From Novosphingobium sp. (GTDB lineage: Bacteria; Pseudomonadota; Alphaproteobacteria; Sphingomonadales; Sphingomonadaceae): a stretch of 64,000 nt of DNA. Of the stretch, positions 1 through 10,958 are shown piece after piece (the stretch's first letter is position 1; each line of letters begins with the position of its first letter). Both the position numbers and the translations under genes were made by a program. The stretch covers positions 640 to 64,639 of the forward strand of contig JANPPM010000215.1 of NCBI GenBank assembly GCA_031428495.1, in the 5' to 3' direction. Below the pieces are notes generated by a model. It saw only the letters and a program-made list of their open reading frames with translations. It was not told the origin of the DNA and made no database searches.

Positions 1-77
1 GGATACGCGCCTGACCGGCGCTTCTTCGGGGTAGAAACGATCCGATCCCATCGCAAACCTGCCCCCTTCGATATGGA

Positions 78-2420
78 TCATGGCGTTTGCGTAGGTTTCA
101 GGTCGACCGTTACCGAGCGCAACACCCCGTCATAGGGGGCGGGCACGCGGTAATCATCGACCAGCGGCGTGCCGGTATCGTGTCCCACCGAGCCGCCTTC
201 AGGCGCGAACTTGTAGGCAATCGTTCGCTCAATGCGTGTCTGCCCGGCTGACTTTCCGTCAACAATCATTTCCAGCAGCCCTCCCCGGCCAAGCCCTGAG
301 CCGTCCAGCGTGAAATTCACACCAACCCGGTGTGCACCGGGGTTAAGCGGCGCGGCAGCCGAGAGCCTGGTCAGCGCCGCGTCAGTGTCACCAGTGCGGT
401 AGAAAAAAGTGGGCACTCCGCCAAGCATCGCCAGCCCCCAACCCGAAAACCGGCCTCCTTCGGTTATCAGCACCCCGTTGCCTCCCCCGGCAGGCACATC
501 AATATCGGCCTCAATCGACCAAGATCGGTTCTTGATGTTGGGAAAGGTACTCTCGGTATAGCGGAACGGCGATGGCAGCATGACATGCCTGCCCGGCCTT
601 GCCAGCGCTTCGGGCCGGTTTTCCGGGAGCAAGTGGAGTGACATGTTGCCTGAGATCGGCAGCACGTGATTGCGGCGCGCCTCTGCTTCGAACACCGCGC
701 GCAGCCGCGCAAGTTTTGCCGGGAAACGCGCCGCGAGATCAATTGTCTGACTGCTATCATTGCGCAAGTCGTAAAGCTGCCACTGCGGATCCAGGGCAGG
801 TGGCGGGGCACCCGGCGGTCCACCAAACTTGACCGGAGAAGCGGCCAGCCAGCCGTCCTGATACAGTGCGGCATGTCCCCCGACCTCAAAATACTGGGTC
901 CGGTGCCGCGCCGGTGCCTGCGGCTTGTCGAACGAATAGGTGAAGCTCACGCCATCAAACGGCTGTTGACGCACCCCGCCGATCTCGCGGGGCGCAGGCA
1001 ATCGCGCGGCTTCCAGAACGGTGGGTAGCACATCGACAAGGTGCGTGAATTGGTCGCGGTCGCCGCGCGCCGGGATGCCTTTGGGCCACGAAATCACCAT
1101 GCCATTGGTCAACCCGCCAAGCCGCGATGATATGGTCTTATAATAGGGAAACGGCGTATTCATTGCGACGGTCCAGCCCATCGGCGCAATCGGGTAAGAC
1201 CGCGGGCCGCCGATTTCATCAAGCCGACGCAGCGCATCTGCGGTCTGATCGCGCGGACGGACGGCGGCGGAATTGAGCACTTCGGCGTAGTTGATTGCGC
1301 CGGTCGGTCCGCCTTCGGGTGACGCGCCATTATCGCCCTGAATATAGATGATCATCGTGTTGTCGAGCTGGCCCGACTGGCGCAGCGCCTCAACAATTCG
1401 GCCAATCTGATAGTCGCAGTGTGCCAGTGCGGCAGCATAGACTTCCATGTAACGGGCATAGACCTTGCGCTGGTCGGCGCTGAGGCTTTGCCACGCAGGC
1501 ACCCCAGGCGGCACGGGTGCGAGGGTGGCATTGGCCGGAATCACCCCCATCCGCTTCTGCCGCGCAAAGGTCTCCGTGCGCAGCACATCCCAGCCGCCAT
1601 CGAACTGGCCGCGGAACCGCTCGATCCATTCCTTGGGTGCATGCAGCGGGGCATGCGCAGTCATCGGCGTATAATGGAGCAGGAAGGGCTTGCCGCCGCT
1701 CGCCACCTTTTGCGCTGCGATCCAGCCAATTGCTCGGTCAGCGAGGTCCTGATCCAAGGTATAGCCGGGCTGCTGCGGTGGCTCGATCGTCGAGTTATTT
1801 TCAATCAGCGGCGGAGAAAACTGGTCCGCCGCGCCGCCATGGAAGCCATAGAAATAGTCAAAGCCCATCCCGCTTGCCCACTGGTCATAGGGGCCGAGCG
1901 GGCCGTTTTGCCAGGTAGGCACAGTGTGATTCTTGCCGAACCAAGCAGTGACATAGCCATGCGCCTTGAGGATCTGGCCGATCGAGCCGGCGCCCTTGGG
2001 GATCACGGAATTGTACCCTGGCTCGTCGCGGGCAGAATCCGCGACGCCGCCAAACCCCACCGCGTGCGCATTGCGCCCGGTGAGCAGCGCGGCGCGGCTC
2101 GGTGAGCACAGCGCATTGGTATGAAAATTGTCATAGCGCAGGCCGTTTTCCGCCAGCCGGTCCATGGTCGGCGTCGGGATTGCGCCGCCAAACGTGCTGC
2201 CCGATGCAAAACCAACATCATCGGTCATGATGACGATAACATTGGGTGCCCCTGTGGGAGCGGATGGCATTTCGGGAAAACCCCCGACGGCAGGCTTGGC
2301 CGATACTTGCCCGGCCAAAGCAAGCAATGGCAAGGCTGCAATTGCCATTGCCTTCGTTCGCCTTGCCTTAATGGGAACCAGGGCCTCAATGGGAAACTGG
2401 CCACCTTTGCGGTCGTTCAT
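78..2420 (-). CDS. Arylsulfatase (formylglycine-dependent sulfatase), probably exported
   Basis: PNVIVIMTDD metal motif, CSPSRAALLTGR sulfatase signature, GKNH and GDNG motifs, signal-peptide-like N-terminus. Start set at ATG 2420 after GGGAGG; the ORF is open to 2483. Confidence 0.9.
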   Translation of the reverse strand: MNDRKGGQFPIEALVPIKARRTKAMAIAALPLLALAGQVSAKPAVGGFPEMPSAPTGAPNVIVIMTDDVGFASGSTFGGAIPTPTMDRLAENGLRYDNFHTNALCSPSRAALLTGRNAHAVGFGGVADSARDEPGYNSVIPKGAGSIGQILKAHGYVTAWFGKNHTVPTWQNGPLGPYDQWASGMGFDYFYGFHGGAADQFSPPLIENNSTIEPPQQPGYTLDQDLADRAIGWIAAQKVASGGKPFLLHYTPMTAHAPLHAPKEWIERFRGQFDGGWDVLRTETFARQKRMGVIPANATLAPVPPGVPAWQSLSADQRKVYARYMEVYAAALAHCDYQIGRIVEALRQSGQLDNTMIIYIQGDNGASPEGGPTGAINYAEVLNSAAVRPRDQTADALRRLDEIGGPRSYPIAPMGWTVAMNTPFPYYKTISSRLGGLTNGMVISWPKGIPARGDRDQFTHLVDVLPTVLEAARLPAPREIGGVRQQPFDGVSFTYSFDKPQAPARHRTQYFEVGGHAALYQDGWLAASPVKFGGPPGAPPPALDPQWQLYDLRNDSSQTIDLAARFPAKLARLRAVFEAEARRNHVLPISGNMSLHLLPENRPEALARPGRHVMLPSPFRYTESTFPNIKNRSWSIEADIDVPAGGGNGVLITEGGRFSGWGLAMLGGVPTFFYRTGDTDAALTRLSAAAPLNPGAHRVGVNFTLDGSGLGRGGLLEMIVDGKSAGQTRIERTIAYKFAPEGGSVGHDTGTPLVDDYRVPAPYDGVLRSVTVDLKPTQTP

Positions 2421-2621
2421 GCCAATCATCCCTCCCGGGTTATCGCATATTTCCCGCACCATAGTCGACGATTGAAGAACCAATCAACGATTGCTGTTCA
2501 AACCTTCTGACATGTGTGCCCGCATCGCGGTCCATGTCACCAAATGGGGAATTAGGTCCCGGCGCAGATATGCGAGATACCATGCAGCAATAATAAGCAT
2601 CGGTGATTCGGGAGAGTACAG

Positions 2622-3428
2622 GTGGATCTGCAGTTGAAAGGCCGCCGCGTGCTGGTCACGGGGAGTAGCAGCGGCATTGGTGAGGCCATTGTCAGGCTGT
2701 TCACTGAAGAAGGCGCGCGCGTTGTGGTCCATGGCCGCAACCGTGAACGGGCCGAGGCGGTCGCTGCCCAGATTGGCGCGGCGGGCGTTGCCATTGGCGA
2801 ACTGGCCGAGGACGACGGGGCAGCATCTGTTCACGGCGAGGCAGTTGCCGCGCTGGGCGGCAATATCGAGATCCTGATAAACAACGCGGGCGGCAATTCC
2901 GAAGGCAACACCTCAAAGTCTCCGGCCGAGATTTCGGCCGCCGATTTTCTGTCGAACTACAAATCAAACACGCTGGGCGCCGTGCAGCTCTGCCAGCTGT
3001 GCGTGCCCGCTATGGTCGCGGCGAAGTTCGGGCGGATCGTCAACGTGTCCAGCGCTGTTGCCATGCAGCCCAATTTCATGGGTGCGGACTATTCAGCGGC
3101 AAAGGCCGCGCTCAACAACTATACCGTCAGCCTGGCCGGATCTCTGCGCGGGGTGAACGTGACTGCCAATGTGCTCACCCCAGGGGTGATCATGGTCGAT
3201 GGCCTGGTGCGCTTTGGACGGCACAAGTTTGGCGATCCCGATATGACTGCCGAACAGGTCAACGACCGCCTTGCCGCAGAGGCCGTGTTTGAGGTGCCGC
3301 CCGCAGGCCGCTTTGGCCTGCCGCGCGAGCTGGCAATGGTCGCGGCTATGCTCGCCAGTCCGGCCAACGGTTTCATCACCGGCGCGAACTACCGCGTCGA
3401 CGGCGGGCAGGTCCGCGGGCTTAACTGA
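2622..3428 (+). CDS. Short-chain dehydrogenase/reductase (SDR)
   Basis: TGSSSGIG, NNAG, YSAAK, GANYRVDGG; GTG start after GGGAG. Confidence 0.92.
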   Translation: MDLQLKGRRVLVTGSSSGIGEAIVRLFTEEGARVVVHGRNRERAEAVAAQIGAAGVAIGELAEDDGAASVHGEAVAALGGNIEILINNAGGNSEGNTSKSPAEISAADFLSNYKSNTLGAVQLCQLCVPAMVAAKFGRIVNVSSAVAMQPNFMGADYSAAKAALNNYTVSLAGSLRGVNVTANVLTPGVIMVDGLVRFGRHKFGDPDMTAEQVNDRLAAEAVFEVPPAGRFGLPRELAMVAAMLASPANGFITGANYRVDGGQVRGLN

Positions 3429-3439
3429 GGAATTTCGAC

Positions 3440-4492
3440 ATGACGCAAAAGACGTACAAGGTCATCCAGTGGGCCACCGGCACAGTCGGCAAGGCCGCGC
3501 TAAAGTATTTCATCGAGAACCCGGTGACCGAACTGGTCGGCGTGCTCGTTACCAATCCGGAGAAGGTCGGCAAGGACGCAGGCGGCATAGTCGGCCTGCC
3601 GAATACTGGCGTGCTCTGCACTGATGACGAGCAGGCCATCATCGACATGGAGGCGGACTGCGTGCTGTTCGCGCCTTCGATGATGACCCCGCCGATTGAC
3701 ATGGTTTGCCGCCTGCTGGCCTCGGGCAAGAACGTCGTCTCTCCGGCGGGTCCTTTCCTGCCCAACAAATTCATCCCGGAACATGCGGAGCGCGTCGAGG
3801 CGGCGTGCAAGGAGGGCAACAGCTCGTTCCATGGCTGCGGTATCCATCCCGGTTTTGCCGGTGACATCCTCCCTTTGACCTTGGCCCGATTGATGAGCCG
3901 GGTAGATTGCATCGAAGTGACGGAGATAATCGACAAGGTCCGCAATCCAATGATTTATACCGAAATCATGGGCTTCGGCACGGACTGTGATGAACTGCTC
4001 GCCAACCCGCGCCGTTCGCCGGAAACCTACAAGCACTTCTATTCGTCGATGACGGTGATCGCTGAGGGTCTCGGAGTTGAAATTGATGAAGTGACCGTCA
4101 AGTTCGAGGTCTCGAAAGCCAAGGTCGATATCGCCCACGAATTCGGGCTGATCAAGGCAGGCACCTGCGGCGGTCAGCACTATGAATGGACTGCATGGTG
4201 CCAAGGCAAACCATTGATTGTCTATCACTTCTACTGGCAGCTTGGCACCGAGATCGAGCCCATGTGGGAACAGGGCGAGGCCAAGTACCGCGTGCGCATC
4301 TTTGGTGATCGGCCGATAGAATGCCACTTGATGGCGATGGAAGATGCTGACGGGCGCCACCCGTTTCTCGGCATTCCCTGGACAGGACTCGTCGGCTGCA
4401 CCGTGGTGCCGGATGTCTGCGATGCGCCTGCGGGGGTAGTGACGCACTTCGATCTTGGTGTCGTCAAACCCAAGGGCTTGGTCCGTCGATAG
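3440..4492 (+). CDS. DapB-like / 2,4-diaminopentanoate-dehydrogenase-like NAD(P)-dependent oxidoreductase
   Basis: VIQWATGTVG Rossmann start, LASGKNVV, GIHPGF, C-terminal VCDAPAGV; GAGGA RBS. Confidence 0.75.
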   Translation: MTQKTYKVIQWATGTVGKAALKYFIENPVTELVGVLVTNPEKVGKDAGGIVGLPNTGVLCTDDEQAIIDMEADCVLFAPSMMTPPIDMVCRLLASGKNVVSPAGPFLPNKFIPEHAERVEAACKEGNSSFHGCGIHPGFAGDILPLTLARLMSRVDCIEVTEIIDKVRNPMIYTEIMGFGTDCDELLANPRRSPETYKHFYSSMTVIAEGLGVEIDEVTVKFEVSKAKVDIAHEFGLIKAGTCGGQHYEWTAWCQGKPLIVYHFYWQLGTEIEPMWEQGEAKYRVRIFGDRPIECHLMAMEDADGRHPFLGIPWTGLVGCTVVPDVCDAPAGVVTHFDLGVVKPKGLVRR

Positions 4493-4530
4493 GCACTTCT
4501 GTCAGGGCAGATATGAACTCCGCTATGGGG

Positions 4531-5337
4531 TTATGGCGATGCGAGGATTGGCTGAGCAATCAGGCATTTCGCCGCTTCGCTTACCTGCACTTCCATCAGT
4601 GAGGCGGCAAGCGCGCAGCTGCCGGGAGCTATCGCCGCACCGCCAACATGGCACCCGTCGCTTCGCGGAATGACTAGCACCGGCAAGTCGCCATAGCGCG
4701 CCTTGACCGCATCGCCGGGCGGCCCATCAAGCCGGTCAAGCCGGAACAGCGGCCCGTCGACGAGACAGACATGCCCATGATCCGGCACGTGGCGGCGCAG
4801 CGCGGCGGGATGGGGCCCGCCCAGGGCCACCGCCAGACCCGCATCGAGATGGAGCTCGCGCGGGCGGCCGTAATCGTAAAGGCGGTACGTCACCTCGCTG
4901 GTCTGCTGAACCTCGATCAGGCTCACCCCGGCACCGATGGCATGGACCGTGCCCGCCGGGATGTAAAAAAAGTCGCCCGCCGTGACCGGGTGCCACACGA
5001 GCAATTGTTCGATGCTGCCATCGCGTGCGGCCTGACGTATCTGCGCGTCGCTCAGCAGCTCTCCGAACCCGATCCCCAGCGCCGCGCCGGGATCAGCGGC
5101 GATAACCAGCCAGCACTCCTCCTTGCCGTGGCCCGGCAGTTGCGCATCCGAGGGGTGGACCTGCACCGAGAGTTTTTCCGAAGTGAAAATGTATTTTACC
5201 AGCAGTTCAGGCAAGGCTGGGGGCGGCTCAAACCACACCTCGCCGATCCGTTGACCTGGCGGCGCAATGAAAGGCGCAGGCAGCACATCCTGCCCCCATG
5301 GCTTTTCAACCATCCGTGTTGGCAGCAGAGCGTTCAC
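4531..5337 (-). CDS. manA: Class I mannose-6-phosphate isomerase
   Basis: EKPWG, LSVQVHP, GKEECW, YIPAGTVHAIG, EVQQTS, TYRLYDY; GTG start 10 nt after the manC stop. Confidence 0.9.
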   Translation of the reverse strand: MNALLPTRMVEKPWGQDVLPAPFIAPPGQRIGEVWFEPPPALPELLVKYIFTSEKLSVQVHPSDAQLPGHGKEECWLVIAADPGAALGIGFGELLSDAQIRQAARDGSIEQLLVWHPVTAGDFFYIPAGTVHAIGAGVSLIEVQQTSEVTYRLYDYGRPRELHLDAGLAVALGGPHPAALRRHVPDHGHVCLVDGPLFRLDRLDGPPGDAVKARYGDLPVLVIPRSDGCHVGGAAIAPGSCALAASLMEVQVSEAAKCLIAQPILASP

Positions 5338-5347
5338 TGGCCAGAAC

Positions 5348-6376
5348 TCATTGATTGACCGCCCCGCCGAGCTTGCCGACCGCCTGCACGCCATCGGCAG
5401 ACGTGATCATGACTTCACCGCCATCGACCACCACGATCACGTTTTCGAGCCCGATGACTGAAACGCGTGGGCCATCACTGTCGACCAGAACATTGCGGCA
5501 ATCGACCAGTTCGGCATTGCCGGTCACGCTGTTACCAGCCGCATCACGCTCGCGCGCTTCATGCAGCGCCTGCCAGTTGCCGATGTCCGACCACGCCATG
5601 TCAGCCGGCACCATCGCCGCGCGGTCGGTATTTTCCATCACCGCATAGTCGACCGATTCGCCCTCGATCTCGGCAAATGCGGCGGCATCGGGGAAAAAGC
5701 ATCGCCCCTGCTCGCTGCCGCCGCGAACCGCGCGGCTGACGCTTTGCGCGATTGCCGGGCGGTGCCGTTCAAGTTCGCCCAGAAAGTCCTTGACCCGGAA
5801 GGCGAAAATTCCGCCGTTCCAGGCATATCCGCCCTCGGCGAGGAACGCTTCGGCGCGGGCCAGATCGGGCTTTTCGACGAATTGCGCGACGCGGAAACCG
5901 GTCTCATCAATTGCCTCGCCGCGCTTCAGATAGCCGAAACCGGTTTCCGGGGTCTTGGCCTCGATCCCGAAGCTGACCAGCCAGCCTTGCGCTGCGAGTT
6001 CCGCAGCCGCGCTGGCGGCAGCGGCAAAGGCCCCGGGATCGCCGATGTGATGATCGCTCGGACAGACCAGCATTACTGCATCGCCCGGCAGGCACAGCGC
6101 GGCAAGAGCTATCGCCGCAGCCGTGTTCTTGGCCGCAGGCTCAACGATGATGCTCGCCCCGGGTCGCTCGCCCAACTGGGCCTCGACATGATCGAGGTGC
6201 GCCTTGCCAGTGACAACTACCGGCGGGGCGAAGGTGGCGCAACGCGCCAGTGTCGCTTCGAAAAGGGTGGAATCGCCAATCAGCGGCAGGAACGGCTTGG
6301 GTTTGCTGGCGCGGCTTCTGGGCCACAGGCGGGTGCCGCTGCCGCCGCACAGTATGACGGGAATGATCACGGGCAT
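5348..6376 (-). CDS. manC: Mannose-1-phosphate guanylyltransferase (no PMI domain)
   Basis: PVILCGGSGTRLWPRSR..KPKPF, EP..KNTA, PSDH, FVEKP, WSDIG. Confidence 0.93.
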   Translation of the reverse strand: MPVIIPVILCGGSGTRLWPRSRASKPKPFLPLIGDSTLFEATLARCATFAPPVVVTGKAHLDHVEAQLGERPGASIIVEPAAKNTAAAIALAALCLPGDAVMLVCPSDHHIGDPGAFAAAASAAAELAAQGWLVSFGIEAKTPETGFGYLKRGEAIDETGFRVAQFVEKPDLARAEAFLAEGGYAWNGGIFAFRVKDFLGELERHRPAIAQSVSRAVRGGSEQGRCFFPDAAAFAEIEGESVDYAVMENTDRAAMVPADMAWSDIGNWQALHEARERDAAGNSVTGNAELVDCRNVLVDSDGPRVSVIGLENVIVVVDGGEVMITSADGVQAVGKLGGAVNQ

Positions 6377-6530
6377 GGCGTCCAGATCCTTAACTTCTCC
6401 AGCGACGGTAACCTAATTTTGCACCTGCGAAAAGAACCACCACGGCCACTTGCTATAATTCTGCCAGACAGGCCTTCGGTTGGCTTCAGTGGCCGCGAGA
6501 TGCGAACCTGATGTCTCATTTTTGCATTAT

Positions 6531-6542
6531 TGCATTGCAGCA
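6531..6542 (+). promoter_or_regulatory. PhaR/AniA-like box TGCATTGCAGCA
   Basis: Matches TGCRNYGCASMA, in the divergent manC / 6719 intergenic region; recurs at other EPS promoters. Confidence 0.6.
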
Positions 6543-6718
6543 AATGCTGGACCGCCAAGCGCTAATCCTGTAATCTTGCTGTTGCAGCCCGCCCGAACGT
6601 GGCGGCGCGCTTTCGACTGTTAGTGAAGCTTTGGGAAAGGTCTTCATACCGCGATTTTCGCGCAGGAGAGTGCTATGGTTGCATTGCCCGCTGAACAGCA
6701 CATCGCCGGGGGCCGGGC

Positions 6719-9190
6719 ATGACCGTCCAGCAAGCAATTCGCGCCTATGCCGCAGACACTGCGCTGGGCATCCAGCCCGACCTTACCACCGGCAACTGGT
6801 CGTCGATCCCGGCGATGATCGCCGAACTTGCCTATATCGGCGCAAACACCGTGCGCGTCACCGCACCCACCGCCAACAACTGGGTCACCGCCTACGGCTA
6901 CCTCGATCAGCTGGCCAACGCCGGGCTGAAATTCGATTTTGTGGTCGATACCAGCAGCACGCCGGCCGCCAATGCCGCTGCCATAGCAGTGTTCATTGCA
7001 GCTCATCCGGGCAGCGTGGTGCTGGTCGAAGGGCCCAATGAGCCGAACAATTTCCCGTTCAACTATGGCGGGCTAAGCGGCGATCAGGCGGCGCTGCTGT
7101 GGCAGCAGGAATTCTTCGCGGCGATGAATGCCAATCCGGCAACCGCGAACCTCACAATCGCCGGTATTTCATCCTACCCCTACACCGCCGCCGCGAGCGA
7201 TGTGAACAACCTGCATATCTATCCCAACTTCGGCGATCAGCCCTATGACCTGATCGTCCAGTCGATCCAGAACCAGAACGCAGTCGATCCCGGAAAGCCG
7301 TTCAGCATTACCGAGATGGGCTGGTTCACCGGCCCCGGCCTGACCGCACCGGGCACCTTTTGGGCGGGGGTGGATGAGACCACGCAGGCCAAACTTTTGC
7401 TTAACGCCTATCTCGACGCGGTCAGCCTGGGTGCCAGCGGCATTGGCCTGTTCAACCTGCGCGACTGGCCGGGCAGCGAGGCAGTCTCGCATTTCGGGCT
7501 ATTTAATAACAACGACACACCCAAACTGGCCGCCACCGCGCTGCACAACTTGCAAATGCTGCTCGGCGACAGCGGCGCGGGCGCTGCGACCTTCGCGCCC
7601 GGCACGCTCGACTATACGCTGACGGGCGCTGCCGGGGTGCACTCGCTGCTGATGCAGAAATCAAACGGTGAATTCGTCCTCGCCCTGTGGCGTGAGCCGG
7701 ATATCTGGAATGAAGCCGCAGGCACAGCAATCGCCGCGACGCCACAGCAAGTCCAAGTTTTGCTCGCCGCTGCTGCCAATGCCTCGGTATTCGATCCGCT
7801 CGCGGGAGACACAGCGCTCTCATCAACAGCCTCAGCCATGGCCATCAGTGTCGCGGTGACAGACCATCCCGTTTTCATCGTGCTTACGTCCCCAACCGGA
7901 GGCGGGACGCCGACGCCAACACCCGCGCCGACCCCGACCCCAACCCCAACACCGCCCCCAACGGCAGGCGGCACCATCGGGACCGGGCCTGACACGCTCG
8001 AAATCAAGGTCAGTGAGCAGGCGTTCCAGGGCCACGCCCAGTTCACCGTCATGGTCGATGGCGTGCAGGTCGGCGGAGTCCAATATGCCACCACCGCTTT
8101 CGGCGCGGGCAGTGACACACTGCTGGTCAAGGGTGACTGGGCAGCAGGCAATCACACGCTGACCGTCAACTTTATCAACGACCTCTACGGCACTTCGTCG
8201 TCCGAAGACCGCAATCTGTTCATCGATTCGATCACCTATAACGGCGCGACCGTGCTGGGCGGGGCGATCGGTATGTTCAACGCCGGTCCGCGCAGCTTTG
8301 CCTTCACCGATAGCGGCGGCACACCCACGCCCAGTCCTACTCCGACCCCAACCCCAACCCCAACCCCAACCCCAACACCGACTCCCACTCCAGCGCCGAC
8401 CCCCACACCAACGCCTACGCCCAGCAGCGGGTCGGACACACTCACCATCAGAGTCAGCGAACACGCCTACCTCGGCCATGCACAATTTACCGTCGCGGTG
8501 GATGGCGTGCAGATCGGCGGGGTGCTCAGTGCCGCAACCGCTTTCGGTGCGGGCAGCGACAGCTTCATCTTGCACGGGGACTGGGCCGAAGGGCCGCATC
8601 TGGTCACCGTGTCGTTCATCAACGACCTCTACGCAGGGCCGGATCAGGATCGCAATTTCTTCATTGAAGGCCTGGACTACAACGGCGCTAGCGCCTTCAC
8701 CGGCCCGGCAGGCCTGTTCGGCGCAGGCTCCCGTGATTTTGTAATCACTGACACCGGAACGGGCAGCCCAACGCCTGCACCGACGCCGAGGCCTACCCCA
8801 AGTCCAGCGCCAACACCCAGTCCGACACCTTCACCGACACCCACTCCCACTCCCACTGCCACTCCGGGCAATGATACTCTGGTGCTCAGGATCAGCGAGC
8901 AAGCCTATCTGGGCCACGCAGAATACACCGTGAAAGTCGATGGCGTGCAGATTGGCGATGTGCGGACCGCAAGTCAGTCGTTTGGCGCGGGGAGCGATGT
9001 GGTCACCCTGACCGGCAATTGGGGCGCGGGGCCGCATGCGATCACAGTGACTTTCCTTAACGACTTGTGGGGCGGATCGCTCAGCGCAGACCGCAATCTT
9101 TTTATCGACGGCATTGCCTACAACGGCGTCGAGGCGCTGCCGGGCCCGGTTGGCCTGTTCAGTTCCAGCGCCTTCGACGTGATGGTCTGA
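6719..9190 (+). CDS. Putative T1SS-secreted glycoside hydrolase (clan GH-A-like domain, Pro/Thr linkers, three CBM60-like repeats)
   Basis: EGPNE and ITEMG candidate catalytic motifs; three ~105-aa repeats (DTL.I.VSE.A..GHAQF.V.VDG.Q.G ... F.NDL ... DRN.FI) separated by PT linkers; no signal peptide; ends 6 nt before the T1SS ABC gene. Confidence 0.7.
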   Translation: MTVQQAIRAYAADTALGIQPDLTTGNWSSIPAMIAELAYIGANTVRVTAPTANNWVTAYGYLDQLANAGLKFDFVVDTSSTPAANAAAIAVFIAAHPGSVVLVEGPNEPNNFPFNYGGLSGDQAALLWQQEFFAAMNANPATANLTIAGISSYPYTAAASDVNNLHIYPNFGDQPYDLIVQSIQNQNAVDPGKPFSITEMGWFTGPGLTAPGTFWAGVDETTQAKLLLNAYLDAVSLGASGIGLFNLRDWPGSEAVSHFGLFNNNDTPKLAATALHNLQMLLGDSGAGAATFAPGTLDYTLTGAAGVHSLLMQKSNGEFVLALWREPDIWNEAAGTAIAATPQQVQVLLAAAANASVFDPLAGDTALSSTASAMAISVAVTDHPVFIVLTSPTGGGTPTPTPAPTPTPTPTPPPTAGGTIGTGPDTLEIKVSEQAFQGHAQFTVMVDGVQVGGVQYATTAFGAGSDTLLVKGDWAAGNHTLTVNFINDLYGTSSSEDRNLFIDSITYNGATVLGGAIGMFNAGPRSFAFTDSGGTPTPSPTPTPTPTPTPTPTPTPTPAPTPTPTPTPSSGSDTLTIRVSEHAYLGHAQFTVAVDGVQIGGVLSAATAFGAGSDSFILHGDWAEGPHLVTVSFINDLYAGPDQDRNFFIEGLDYNGASAFTGPAGLFGAGSRDFVITDTGTGSPTPAPTPRPTPSPAPTPSPTPSPTPTPTPTATPGNDTLVLRISEQAYLGHAEYTVKVDGVQIGDVRTASQSFGAGSDVVTLTGNWGAGPHAITVTFLNDLWGGSLSADRNLFIDGIAYNGVEALPGPVGLFSSSAFDVMV
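8346..8375 (+). repeat. (CCCCAA)5 perfect hexamer tandem repeat within a Pro-Thr linker
   Basis: Five perfect copies read directly from the sequence. Confidence 0.9.
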
Positions 9191-9196
9191 CGCTGG

Positions 9197-10957
9197 ATGG
9201 CGGGCACACCAAGCCCGGAACGATTGACTGCGCCGCTGCGCCAGTTGTGGCGCATCACTGGCGCGCCAAGGCATCTGCTCATCCTCGTCATCGCAACAAC
9301 CGCCATGCTCAACGTGCTCCTGCTCGCGGGATCGCTTTATCTACTGCTGGTTTACGATTCGGTGCTGCCCAGCCGTTCACTGCCCTCACTCGCTGCCTTG
9401 TTCCTGCTGGTCCTGTTTTGTTACGCGTTGCAAGGCCTGTTTGATCGGCTGCGCAGCGGTATGCTGGCCGACTTCGCCGCAGCTATCGATGAAGTGCTCT
9501 CGCCGCAGGTCCAGCGCGCAACGCTGGAGGCAAGCCTGCGCGGTGCCCGGATATCGGGAGACGGGCTCGGTGCCATGCGCGACCTCGATCACCTGCGGCA
9601 CTTCACAGCGACCGGCGCGGCGGTACTGATCGATCTGCCGTGGATGCTGCTGTTCATCGCCGCACTGTTTGCCCTCCATATGTGGCTTGGCGTGACAGCC
9701 GTAGTCGGAGCGCTGGGCCTCTTGGCGCTCGCCTGGTTCACCGATGCGCGAACCCGGGCGATGTCCCTGAGCGTCGCTGACCTGACCGCCCATCGCAATC
9801 TGCGTGCCGCTGCGAACCTGCGGCACGGCGAATTGCTGGCGGCGCTCGGTATGCGCGAACGCATGCTGGCGCGGTGGCAGGCGGTAAATGCCGAATACGG
9901 GACGGCCCTGGCAAGGCTCAACACCGCCGTCGGCACGCTGAGCGGGTTCAGCCGAGTGCTGCGACTGGTGCTGCAATCGTCGATCCTCACGGTTGGCGCG
10001 CTACTGGTTATCAATGACCGCGCGAGCGCCGGAATCATCTTTGCTGCCTCGATCCTCGTCGGCCGCGCCTTGGCCCCGGCGGACCAGCTGATTGCCAACT
10101 GGCGCGGACTGGCGGCGGCGCGCGACGGACTGGCGCGCATATTCGCTTTGCTCAGCGAAGTTCGCCCGGACACTGCGGTGCGAACCCGCTTGCCGCTTCC
10201 CCGCCGCGAACTGACAGTCGAGGCGCTTGCGGCAGGGCCGCCCGGCTTGCCGTTCCTGGCGATTGAGGGCGTCCAGTTCGCGCTTTGCGCCGGGCAGACC
10301 TGCGGGGTTATCGGGCCAAGCGGTGCCGGCAAGACCACCCTCGCCCGCGCGCTCACCGGCATCTGGCCGCCAGCACGCGGTGCGATCCGCCTCGATGGCG
10401 CTACGCTCGACCAGTGGGAGCCTTCGGAGCGAGGACGGCTGATTGGCTATCTGCCCCAGCAGGTCGAACTGCTCGATGGCACCGTTGCCGAGAATATCGC
10501 GCGGTTCGATGGCGCGGACGATTCCGCCGCCGTCATCGCAGCCGCACAGGCAGCCGGAGTCCACGAGCTGATCGTCGGGTTGGATCAAGGCTATGACACG
10601 CCAATCCGGGCCGACAGCGGCATGCTTTCGGCGGGACAGCGGCAGCGCATCGGGCTCGCCCGTGCACTTTACGGCGAGCCCTTTCTCGTCGTGCTGGACG
10701 AACCCAATTCCAACCTCGACGTTGCAGGCGAGCGCAGCCTGCAGGCCGCAATCGCCGGTGTGCGGCGGCGCGGCGGGATCGCGGTGATCATCACGCACCA
10801 GTTGGGCGTGCTCACGCAGGTCAGCCATGTGCTGTGCCTCAACGCGGGACGCATGGAGGCCTTTGGCCCGGCACCCGATGTGATCCAGCGGCTTGCGCCA
10901 GAACCGCGCTCCGGGGACAGCAGCGAAGCCCCGCAGACAGAGGAAAGCCCGGCCTGA
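9197..10957 (+). CDS. Type I secretion ABC permease/ATPase (PrtD/PrsD family)
   Basis: VYDSVLPSRS, DLPW, Walker A GPSGAGKT, LSAGQRQRIGLARA, LDEPNSNLD. Confidence 0.93.
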   Translation: MAGTPSPERLTAPLRQLWRITGAPRHLLILVIATTAMLNVLLLAGSLYLLLVYDSVLPSRSLPSLAALFLLVLFCYALQGLFDRLRSGMLADFAAAIDEVLSPQVQRATLEASLRGARISGDGLGAMRDLDHLRHFTATGAAVLIDLPWMLLFIAALFALHMWLGVTAVVGALGLLALAWFTDARTRAMSLSVADLTAHRNLRAAANLRHGELLAALGMRERMLARWQAVNAEYGTALARLNTAVGTLSGFSRVLRLVLQSSILTVGALLVINDRASAGIIFAASILVGRALAPADQLIANWRGLAAARDGLARIFALLSEVRPDTAVRTRLPLPRRELTVEALAAGPPGLPFLAIEGVQFALCAGQTCGVIGPSGAGKTTLARALTGIWPPARGAIRLDGATLDQWEPSERGRLIGYLPQQVELLDGTVAENIARFDGADDSAAVIAAAQAAGVHELIVGLDQGYDTPIRADSGMLSAGQRQRIGLARALYGEPFLVVLDEPNSNLDVAGERSLQAAIAGVRRRGGIAVIITHQLGVLTQVSHVLCLNAGRMEAFGPAPDVIQRLAPEPRSGDSSEAPQTEESPA

Positions 10958-10958
10958 C

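Noticed and set aside
2538-2557. Possible lux-like box (minus strand ACCTAATTCCCCATTTGGTG) upstream of the sulfatase
   Set aside because: Only one half-site matches; it lacks the CT-N12-AG core.
4518-4525. CTCCGCTA as the left partner of the tRNA-like att scar
   Set aside because: Only 8 bp and in inverted orientation; expected by chance.
8346-8375. Telomere-like (TTGGGG)n or CRISPR-like repeat
   Set aside because: Fully explained by Pro-Thr codons; no spacers or cas genes anywhere in the window.
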